From: Reyranella sp.
Lineage (GTDB): Bacteria > Pseudomonadota > Alphaproteobacteria > Reyranellales > Reyranellaceae
Length of the DNA stretch: 64,000 bases
Assembly: GCF_017305915.1 (NCBI RefSeq)
Contig: NZ_JAFKJN010000032.1
Coordinates: 5,596-69,595, forward strand
Reading direction: 5' to 3'
Shown: in pieces, positions 27,287 through 34,682 of the stretch
Layout: the number at the start of each line of letters is the position of its first letter
Numbering within the stretch: the first letter of the stretch is position 1
Program-made: the position numbers and the translations under genes
The notes under the pieces: generated by a model
The model's input: only the letters and a program-made list of their open reading frames with translations
The model's database searches: none
Told to the model about the DNA's origin: nothing

Positions 27287-27910
27287 TCAGGCCGCCCACG
27301 CGAACGGCGCGAAATGACCGTTGTTGCCCTTGCCGAGCAGGCTGAGGGAGAGGCCGAAGCCCTGCACTTCGGTTTTCTTCGACCGGGCGAGCGCGAGCCG
27401 GCGATTGGCGGGATGGGCGGTGTTGTCGATATAGAACGGCTCGCCCGAGCGGTTGCGCGAGGCCACGCCCTCGATCTCGAAGCTCAGGATGCCCGGGATG
27501 TCGGCGAGCCGGCTCAAGCCCTCGGCCGTGAAATCGATCCGCCTGTATTCGACGCCGCGGAAGTCCTTCACCAGGTTGTCGCGGATCATCTGCGGCGGCC
27601 CGCCGGCCGTGCCGCTCACGATCTCGGTCAGGGCCTTGCGCTGCGCCTCGCTCGCGCTTTCGTCGACCACGACGCCGAACACCCAGCCGCCGTCGGCCAT
27701 GACCCGTCCGGAGCGGATGACCAGGGCGAACTTCAGGCCGTCCAGGGAAACCGCGCCGTGGCGGCCGCGATCGACGCGGTAGACCATCAGCGCGTAGCAA
27801 TGCTCATGCGTCGCCGGCGCCTGGGGGTTGGTGTAGATGCAGGGACAGAGATAGTCGCAGTTGCAGCTTTCCATGTACTGGCCGCTCAGTTCCCACGTCT
27901 TCTCAGCCAT
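27287..27910 (-). CDS. DUF1326 domain protein
   Basis: N-terminal cysteine cluster SCNCDYLCPCIY typical of DUF1326. Strong GGAGG RBS before ATG 27910. Confidence 0.8.
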   Translation of the reverse strand: MAEKTWELSGQYMESCNCDYLCPCIYTNPQAPATHEHCYALMVYRVDRGRHGAVSLDGLKFALVIRSGRVMADGGWVFGVVVDESASEAQRKALTEIVSGTAGGPPQMIRDNLVKDFRGVEYRRIDFTAEGLSRLADIPGILSFEIEGVASRNRSGEPFYIDNTAHPANRRLALARSKKTEVQGFGLSLSLLGKGNNGHFAPFAWAA

Positions 27911-27982
27911 CGGAGCCTCCGTGCTCTGAAGGAAAGTCTATCGTACTTCGAGGCTGGGAGCGCGGCACTCCGTGCCGCTCTC

Positions 27983-28032
27983 CTGTCATCCTGAGGCGCA
28001 GCCGAAGGATCCTTCGCTTCGCTCAGGATGAC
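27983..28032. repeat. nested palindromic repeat (family B, 'gtcatcctgag' type)
   Basis: Outer arms gtcatcctgag (27984-27994) and ctcaggatgac (28021-28031). Inner palindrome cgaaggatccttcg. Confidence 0.8.
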
Positions 28033-28062
28033 GTGATGCGCCACGGAGTGGCGCGCTCCCAG

Positions 28063-29040
28063 CTATTCGATCTTGATATTGGCCGCCTTGATCAGCGGCC
28101 ACCACAGCTTGATCTCCGCTTCGTGATGGGCGCGCAGGGCCTGCGGCGTCTGTTGCGCCGCGTCGGGAATCTCCTGGCCGAGCCCGATGAATTTCTCGCG
28201 CACCTGCGGGTCGGCCAGAGCCTCGATGATCGCGGCCGTCAGCTTCGCCTGCACGTCCTTCGGCGTGCCCTTCGGCGCCCACAGCCCGTGCCAGACGGCG
28301 ATGTAGAGGCCGGGCAGGCCCGCTTCGTCGACGGTCGGGACGTCCGGCAGCGTCTTCAGGCGCTGCTTGGCGGTCACCGCGAACACCTTGATCTTACCGG
28401 CCTGGATCTGCGGGATCGAGTTCGCGGCCTGGTCGAACATGATGTCGATCTGGCCGGCGACGAGATCCTGCAGCGCCGGACCGCCGCCGCGATAGGGAAT
28501 GAAGCGCACCTTGGCGCCGGCCTTCTCCTCGAAGTAGAGGCCGCCGATGTGGGAGGCGGCACCCACCCCCGCCGTTCCCGCCGTGACCTTGTCGGGATTG
28601 GCCTTGGCATAGGCGATCAGCTCTTTCAGGTCGGTGGCGGGGAACTCCTTGCGGGTCACCAGGAGCTGCGGATTGGTGGCGATGAAGGACAGCGGCTCGA
28701 GGTCGTCGAGGATGTTGAAGTTCAGCGGATAGATCGCCGGATTGACGACGTGCGTGCTCCAGTGGCCGATGCCGATGGTGTAGCCGTCGGGCGCCGCGCG
28801 CACGACGCGCGCGACGCCGATCGTGCCGGCGGCGCCGGTCGTGTTCTCGACGATCACCGTCTGGCCGAGCGTCCGGCTCATTCGCTCCGCCAGGATGCGG
28901 GCCAGCGTGTCGGTCGGGCCGCCCGCGGTGAACGGCACGACGATCGTGACCTGCTTCGAAGGGAAGGTCTGTGCGTCGGCGCCGCCGGCTGCGAGGCAGG
29001 TGGCCGCCATCATCAGGCCCGCGATGATCCTTCTACGCAT
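28063..29040 (-). CDS. Bug/TctC family tripartite tricarboxylate transporter substrate-binding protein
   Basis: Signal peptide, then FPSKQVTIVVPFTAGGPTDTLARILAE and YRGGGPALQDLVAGQIDIMFD signatures. Confidence 0.9.
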   Translation of the reverse strand: MRRRIIAGLMMAATCLAAGGADAQTFPSKQVTIVVPFTAGGPTDTLARILAERMSRTLGQTVIVENTTGAAGTIGVARVVRAAPDGYTIGIGHWSTHVVNPAIYPLNFNILDDLEPLSFIATNPQLLVTRKEFPATDLKELIAYAKANPDKVTAGTAGVGAASHIGGLYFEEKAGAKVRFIPYRGGGPALQDLVAGQIDIMFDQAANSIPQIQAGKIKVFAVTAKQRLKTLPDVPTVDEAGLPGLYIAVWHGLWAPKGTPKDVQAKLTAAIIEALADPQVREKFIGLGQEIPDAAQQTPQALRAHHEAEIKLWWPLIKAANIKIE

Positions 29041-29085
29041 GATCGTCCCCCCAATCATTTTTACTGATTATTGTCTCTGTCGCTT

Positions 29086-30333
29086 CTAGCCGAAGCGGCC
29101 GGGGTCGCAAGCGGCGAGTGCAGCCGGCAGTTCCTCGCCCTCCATCTGGCGCGCGACCAGGCGGCCGGTGGCGGTCGCAAGCGTCAACCCAACATGCTGA
29201 TGGCCGTAGCCGCAATAGACGTTGCTGAGCCTCGGCGCGCGGCCAATCGCGGGGCGGAAGTCCGGCAGGCTCGGCCGCTCGCCGATCCAGCGGCTTTGCT
29301 CGACGCCGCCGACGCCGGGGAAGATCGCCCGCAGATGCTGCACCAGAAGATCGGCGCGATGCCACGACGGCGGCTGGTGCGGCGCGGCGAGCTCGACGGT
29401 GCCGGCCACCCGCAGGCCTTCCGCCATCGGCGTGATGAAGAAGCCGCGCTCGGCCGGGCTCACCGGCATCTCGAAGCGCACGTTGTCGGGCGCCAGCATC
29501 ACGTGATAGCCGCGCTCGGCGACCAGCGGCGCGTTGAAGCCCAGGAGCCGTGTCAGCTCGCCCGAGGCGCGGCCGGCCGCGATCACCACCGCCTTGGCCG
29601 GCAGCTCGCTGTCGGTGAGCTGCACCGCGGTGACGCGGTTGCCGTCGCGCACGAAGCCGCGCACGCGTCCGCGCTGCACGCTGCCGCCGTCCTCGGCGAA
29701 GCGCTCGGCCAGGGTCGTCACGACCTTGTACGGATTGATGGTGTGCATGCCGTGCGGGTAGTAGACGCCGCGCACGATGTGGCTCGACAGGCCGGGCGCC
29801 AGCTCGCGCGCGCGGTTGCCGTCGACGATCTCGAAGGTGGTGCCCTTGGCCTTCTGCAGCTCGCGCTCCTCGGCGCCGCCCTGGAAGGCCGCCTCGCTCT
29901 CGTAGACATAGAGCGCGCCGCGGCTCCTGAAGAGCTCGCCCAGGCCCGAGGCCTGGATCTCGGCCTGCCAGGCGACGTTGGCCTCGGCCATCAGGGCCCC
30001 GAACGAATCCATGCCCTTGCGCACCTCCGCCTGGCTGTAGGCGGCGAGGGCGAAGCGGGCCATCCAGGGCAGCAGGTGGGGGATGCTGGGCCGGTGCACG
30101 GTGAGCGGCCCGGTGCGGTCCATCAGCATCTGCGGCACGCGCTTCAGCGTCGAGGGGCGGGCGAGCGGCAGCACGTGGTCGATGGCGATGAAGCCGGCAT
30201 TGCCGTAGGAGGTCGCCTTGCCGGGCTCGCCGCTGTCGACGAGGGTGACGGCATGGCCGGCCCGCTGCAGGGCCCGGGCGGTAGCGGTCCCGACGATGCC
30301 GGCGCCGATGACGATGACGGATTCTGTGGTCAT
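29086..30333 (-). CDS. FAD-dependent oxidoreductase (D-amino-acid dehydrogenase-like)
   Basis: Rossmann motif VIVIGAGIVGTATARAL at the N-terminus after ATG 30333. DadA-like length (415 aa). Confidence 0.85.
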   Translation of the reverse strand: MTTESVIVIGAGIVGTATARALQRAGHAVTLVDSGEPGKATSYGNAGFIAIDHVLPLARPSTLKRVPQMLMDRTGPLTVHRPSIPHLLPWMARFALAAYSQAEVRKGMDSFGALMAEANVAWQAEIQASGLGELFRSRGALYVYESEAAFQGGAEERELQKAKGTTFEIVDGNRARELAPGLSSHIVRGVYYPHGMHTINPYKVVTTLAERFAEDGGSVQRGRVRGFVRDGNRVTAVQLTDSELPAKAVVIAAGRASGELTRLLGFNAPLVAERGYHVMLAPDNVRFEMPVSPAERGFFITPMAEGLRVAGTVELAAPHQPPSWHRADLLVQHLRAIFPGVGGVEQSRWIGERPSLPDFRPAIGRAPRLSNVYCGYGHQHVGLTLATATGRLVARQMEGEELPAALAACDPGRFG

Positions 30334-30390
30334 GGCCAGCAGGTTAGCATGGCGATTGATTTGGGGCGGCGATTGACTATTTAACGGCCC

Positions 30391-30951
30391 ATGTCCCCAC
30401 AATCCGATTCTGCCCCGTCACCGGGCTGGCATGCCACGACCATCCTCTCGGTCCGCAAGGACGGCCAGGTGGTGATGGCAGGCGACGGCCAGGTCTCGAT
30501 GGGCCAGACCATCGTCAAGGGCAACGCCAAGAAGGTCCGGCGGCTCGGCAACGGCCAGATCATCGCCGGGTTCGCCGGCGCCACGGCCGATGCCTTTACG
30601 CTGTTCGAACGGCTGGAGGCCAAGCTCGAGCGTCACCCCGGGCAGCTCCTGCGCGCCTGCATCGAGCTCGCCAAGGATTGGCGCACGGACCGTTACCTGC
30701 GGCGGCTGGAGGCGATGATGGCGGTGGCCGACAGGGAGGTCTCGCTGCTGCTCAGCGGAACCGGCGACGTGCTGGAGCCGGAGGGCGGCATCATCGCCAT
30801 CGGCTCGGGCGGCAATTACGCGCTGTCGGCGGCGCGGGCGCTGATCGACATCGAGGGCCTCGATGCCGAGACGATCGCGCGCAAGGCGATGACCATCGCT
30901 GCCGACATCTGCGTCTACACCAACCACAACCTCGTCGTCGAAAAGCTGTAG
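30391..30951 (+). CDS. hslV: ATP-dependent protease subunit HslV
   Basis: [21 protein letters not shown] (N-terminal Thr nucleophile after the propeptide), [28 protein letters not shown]. Confidence 0.97.
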   Translation: MSPQSDSAPSPGWHATTILSVRKDGQVVMAGDGQVSMGQTIVKGNAKKVRRLGNGQIIAGFAGATADAFTLFERLEAKLERHPGQLLRACIELAKDWRTDRYLRRLEAMMAVADREVSLLLSGTGDVLEPEGGIIAIGSGGNYALSAARALIDIEGLDAETIARKAMTIAADICVYTNHNLVVEKL

Positions 30952-30953
30952 GC

Positions 30954-31415
30954 ATGGTGGCCTATACCTTCACCCGTCTGGCGGCCGCCGCGCTGCCGCT
31001 GGTTCACGAGTGGCTGTCGCGGCCGCACGTCGTCGAATGGTGGCCGGAGCCTGAGATGCAGGCGGCTCAAATCGACGACCATGTCGAGGGCGACGACACG
31101 ACGCCCTATCTGGTGAGCCTCGATGGCCGGCCCTTCGCGTATCTGCAATGCGCGCAGCTGTCCGACGACACGCTCTGCCTCGACCAGTTCATCGCCGACG
31201 CGGCGCTGCTGGGTCGCGGCCATGGCAGCGGCTTCATCCGGCAGTTCTGCGACGAGCAGTTCGCCTCGCCCGAGATCAAGTCGATTACGACCGATCCCGC
31301 TCCCGACAATGCGCGGGCGATCCGGGCCTACGAAAAAGCCGGCTTCCGCCGCGTCGGCCTGCAGGCAACGCCCTGGGGCCGTGTTCTGTTGATGCAAAGA
31401 GACAAACCGTCATGA
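30954..31415 (+). CDS. GNAT family N-acetyltransferase, AAC(6')-Ib-like
   Basis: [13 protein letters not shown] and [19 protein letters not shown] closely resemble, from memory, the AAC(6')-Ib motifs YEWLNRSHIVEWW and TDPSPSNLRAIRCYEKAGF. The stop overlaps the hslU start (ATGA). Confidence 0.85.
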   Translation: MVAYTFTRLAAAALPLVHEWLSRPHVVEWWPEPEMQAAQIDDHVEGDDTTPYLVSLDGRPFAYLQCAQLSDDTLCLDQFIADAALLGRGHGSGFIRQFCDEQFASPEIKSITTDPAPDNARAIRAYEKAGFRRVGLQATPWGRVLLMQRDKPS

Positions 31416-32725
31416 GCAACGACTTTTCCCCCCGCGAGATCGTTTCCGAGCTCGACAAGCACATCGTCGGCCAGCAGGAGGCCAAGCGCGCCGTGGCGAT
31501 CGCGCTGCGCAACCGCTGGCGCCGCCTCCAGCTCCCCGAGAGCCTGCGCGAGGAGGTGCTGCCCAAGAACATCCTGATGATCGGTCCGACCGGCTGCGGC
31601 AAGACCGAGATCGCCCGCCGCCTGGCCAAGCTCGCCAACGCGCCGTTCCTCAAGGTCGAGGCGACCAAGTTCACCGAGGTCGGCTATGTCGGCCGCGACG
31701 TCGAGCAGATCGCGCGCGACCTGATGGAGGCCGCGCTCGACATGGCGCGCGAGCGCATGCGCAAGGACGTCAAGGCCAAGGCCGAGCTGGCCGCCGAGGA
31801 CCGCGTGGTCGACGCGCTGTGCGGCCCGACCGCCAGCGAGGAGACCAAGCTGCGCTTCCGCCACAAGCTGCGCGACAACGAGCTGAACGACCGCGAGATC
31901 GAGGTCGAGGTCGCCGATTCGGGCGGCCCGATGCAGTTCGAGATCCCGGGCCAGCCCGGCGCCTCGGTCGGCATGATCAATATCGGTGACATGCTGGGCA
32001 AGGCGTTCGGCGGCCGCACCAAGAAGCGCAAGATGAAGGTCGGCGAGGCCTACGAGACGCTGATGCGCGAGGAGAGCGACCGCCTGCTCGACCAGGAGAA
32101 GGCGGTGCGCGAGGCGCGCGACTCGGTCGAGAACAACGGCATCGTGTTCATCGACGAGATCGACAAGATCACCGCCCGCTCGAGCGAGATGCGCGGCGGC
32201 GCCGATGTCAGCCGCGAGGGCGTGCAGCGCGACCTGCTGCCCTTGATCGAAGGCACGACGGTCAACACCAAGCACGGCCCGGTGAAGACCGACCACGTGC
32301 TGTTCATCTGCTCCGGTGCCTTCCATCTCGCCAAGCCGTCGGACATGTTGCCGGAGCTGCAGGGCCGCCTGCCGATCCGCGTCAACCTGGCGTCGCTCAC
32401 CCAGGAGGACTTCAAGCGCATCCTGACCGAGCCCGAGGCGAGCCTGGTCAAGCAGTACAAGGCGCTGCTGGCGACCGAGAAGGTCGAGCTCGAGTTCAAG
32501 CCGGACGCGATCGACGAGCTGGCCAAGCTGTCGGCCGACATCAACGAGACCGTCGAAAATATCGGCGCCCGCCGGCTGCACACGGTGATGGAGAAGCTTC
32601 TGGAGGAGATCAGCTTCACCGCCTCCGACAAGCCCGGCCAGAAGATCGAGATCGATGCGGCCTACGTCCGCGAGCGCGTCGGCGCGCTGGCCAAGAACGC
32701 CGACCTGTCGAAGTTCGTGCTGTAG
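31412..32725 (+). CDS. hslU: ATP-dependent protease ATPase subunit HslU
   Basis: [32 protein letters not shown], Walker [16 protein letters not shown], Walker B VFIDEIDK. Confidence 0.97.
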   Translation: MSNDFSPREIVSELDKHIVGQQEAKRAVAIALRNRWRRLQLPESLREEVLPKNILMIGPTGCGKTEIARRLAKLANAPFLKVEATKFTEVGYVGRDVEQIARDLMEAALDMARERMRKDVKAKAELAAEDRVVDALCGPTASEETKLRFRHKLRDNELNDREIEVEVADSGGPMQFEIPGQPGASVGMINIGDMLGKAFGGRTKKRKMKVGEAYETLMREESDRLLDQEKAVREARDSVENNGIVFIDEIDKITARSSEMRGGADVSREGVQRDLLPLIEGTTVNTKHGPVKTDHVLFICSGAFHLAKPSDMLPELQGRLPIRVNLASLTQEDFKRILTEPEASLVKQYKALLATEKVELEFKPDAIDELAKLSADINETVENIGARRLHTVMEKLLEEISFTASDKPGQKIEIDAAYVRERVGALAKNADLSKFVL

Positions 32726-32732
32726 CCATCGC

Positions 32733-32800
32733 CCTCCCCCGTCTTCGGGGGAGGTGTCAGCGTCTTACGCTGACGCGGGGGGCCATGACTCATGACGCCT
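32733..32800. repeat. family-A-related hairpins immediately downstream of hslU
   Basis: cctcccccgtcttcgggggagg (32733-32754), gtcagcgtcttacgctgac (32756-32774), and a ggggccatgactcatgacgcctc half-element. May also act as the hslU terminator. Confidence 0.7.
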
Positions 32801-32924
32801 CAACTCCGCGCCGCTCTTTTTCTTTTGCGACAAAAGCAAATTTTCTGCCGCCGCTGACGCGACTCCCGAGCAATGCGCGATGACGAGGCACGAGCGGCGC
32901 GGAATCCGCGCGCCCAGCGCGCCC

Positions 32925-32993
32925 ATTATGGGCAATGGACCGCGATTCGAGGCCCGGAAATGGCGGCTTTTTCCGGCGGCCATTGCCCATAAT
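32925..32993. repeat. 14-bp inverted repeat enclosing an inner hairpin
   Basis: attatgggcaatgg (32925-32938) pairs with ccattgcccataat (32980-32993). Inner stem ccggaaa (32954-60) / tttccgg (32970-76). Confidence 0.8.
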
Positions 32994-33128
32994 AGGTTCC
33001 ACGGCCCGGCGCGCTTATCTTGCCTGCACATCCACATGTGCAGGAGCGCTTCATGTCCGACTCATAAATTAGAAGTCCACGATGGCAAAGTTCGTGACGC
33101 CAGAGGTCACCATTTCCGGTGCCCGCAG

Positions 33129-33178
33129 GAAATGGTGAAAATGGATAAAAATGGATGAAAATGGTCGAAAATGGACGA
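33129..33178. repeat. five tandem ~10-bp units AAA(A)TGGNNN, i.e. helically phased A-tracts
   Basis: ggaaatggtg aaaatggata aaaatggatg aaaatggtcg aaaatggacg. ATGG recurs at 33132, 33141, 33151, 33161 and 33171. Confidence 0.9.
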
Positions 33179-33194
33179 GCCGCCCTTCCCAGGG

Positions 33195-33332
33195 TTACAG
33201 GCAATACGCCGCGATCAGGTCGACGATATAGGCGGGGCCGTTCGTGCCCCACAGCACGAACGACAGAGCGGTCAGCGCGAACAGTACGGCCAGCGCGCCC
33301 CATGCGAAGAAGAGGCGCCAGCCCTTGATCAT
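33195..33332 (-). CDS. candidate 45-aa hydrophobic small protein coupled to the MFS gene
   Basis: ATG 33332 overlaps the MFS stop (ATGA). MIKGWRLFFAWGALAVLFALTALSFVLWGTNGPAYIVDLIAAYCL has one clear TM helix. No homology is assessable by eye. Confidence 0.4.
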   Translation of the reverse strand: MIKGWRLFFAWGALAVLFALTALSFVLWGTNGPAYIVDLIAAYCL

Positions 33333-34576
33333 GCGGGCCGCAGCGCGACCTGCGGGCGCGGCACGGGCTTCTCGACGATCGGCCAGTGCATCAGGGCCGA
33401 GATGATGCCGAGCGCGATCGAGATCCACCACATCATGTCGTAGTTGCCCTGCAGGTCGAACAGCTTGCCGCCACCCCAGCCGCCGAAGAAGCTGCCGACC
33501 TGGTGGCCGAGGAACACGAAACCGTTCAGCATCGTGAGGTGCACCGGGCCGAACATCACGCCGACCAGCGAGGTCGTGAGCGGCACCGTGCCCAGCCACA
33601 GGAAGCCCAGCGCCGCGGCAAAGGCCAGCACCGAGGCCGCCGACAGCGGCAGCAGGATGAAGATCAGGAACACCGCGGAGCGCAGCAGGTAGAGCAGCGC
33701 CAGCAGGTTCTTGCGCTGGTACTTGGCGCCCATCGAGCTCCACAGGATCGAGCCCGCGATGTTGAACAGGCCGACCATGCCGATGCTCCAGCCGCCCAAT
33801 TCGGCCGGCGAGAGGTTGATGCCGAACAGCGACAGGCCGATCCCCTTGTCGGAGATGTAGGCCGGCAGATGGCCGCCCACGAAGGCGACATGGAAGCCGC
33901 AGACGAAGTAGCCGACCACCAGCAGCACGTAGCTGCGCTGGGAGAAGGCCTCGGCCAGCGCCTGGCCCGAGGTCTGCGAGCCACCCCTGGCCTTGCGCGC
34001 GGCGGCGATCTCCTTGCTGTCGTTCAGGCCGATCGGCAGCAGCATCATCACCACCGCGAGCGCCGTCAGCGCCCACATGGTCGGGCGCCAGTCGCCGAAA
34101 TAGCCCTGCAGTACCGAGGCGAGCGGCACGATGAAGAACTGCCCGAACGAGCCGCCGGCCGAGCAGATGCCGACCGCCAGCGCCGCCTTGGCCGGCGGGG
34201 CGAGCCGCAGGATGACGCCCAGGACGGGTCCGAAGGTCGCCGCCGACAGGCCGACGCCGACCAGGACGTTGCCCAGGATCAGCATGAAGCCGTTGTGCAT
34301 CGACGCGGTGACGATCATGCCGAGCACGTAGACCGCGCCGCCGCCGGCGATGGTGATGGCCGAGCCGAAGCGGTCGCACAGCCGGCCGGAGAAGGGCGCG
34401 AAGAAGCCCATCAGCAGCATCGACAGCGCCGTGCCGAAGGAAAAGAGTTCGCGGCCGACATGCAATTCGGCCGAGACCGGCTTCAGGAAGATGCCGAAGC
34501 TCTGGCGGACGCCCAGACCGATGGTGAGGACGAGGAAACCGCACCACACGGCGGTCCAATAGGAGCGGGAGGACAT
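33329..34576 (-). CDS. MFS transporter
   Basis: Twelve hydrophobic segments. MFS loop motif GRLCDRFG between TM2 and TM3. Start ATG 34576 (MSSRSYW). Confidence 0.9.
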   Translation of the reverse strand: MSSRSYWTAVWCGFLVLTIGLGVRQSFGIFLKPVSAELHVGRELFSFGTALSMLLMGFFAPFSGRLCDRFGSAITIAGGGAVYVLGMIVTASMHNGFMLILGNVLVGVGLSAATFGPVLGVILRLAPPAKAALAVGICSAGGSFGQFFIVPLASVLQGYFGDWRPTMWALTALAVVMMLLPIGLNDSKEIAAARKARGGSQTSGQALAEAFSQRSYVLLVVGYFVCGFHVAFVGGHLPAYISDKGIGLSLFGINLSPAELGGWSIGMVGLFNIAGSILWSSMGAKYQRKNLLALLYLLRSAVFLIFILLPLSAASVLAFAAALGFLWLGTVPLTTSLVGVMFGPVHLTMLNGFVFLGHQVGSFFGGWGGGKLFDLQGNYDMMWWISIALGIISALMHWPIVEKPVPRPQVALRPA

Positions 34577-34682
34577 GGCGCGCAAAGTGCGTCTGGCCTG
34601 CCACTGTTGCAAGCGCAGCCGCGACGCCTTGGCATAGAATTACTTCATGCCGTCACAAGCGGTTATGTGGCACAACGGAAGC

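Noticed and set aside
33129-33178. Possibility that the 10-bp tandem array is a CRISPR or a DnaA-box iteron set.
   Set aside because: There are no spacers between the repeats and no cas genes. The units (AAATGGATA) match the TGTGGATAA box in at most 7/9 positions and lack the TGTG core.
32880-33303. ORFs of 92 aa (plus) and 125 aa (minus) across the hslU-downstream island.
   Set aside because: They cross palindromes and the A-tract array. They have odd composition (His/Cys/Arg-rich), no RBS and no recognisable motif. I treat the region as non-coding.
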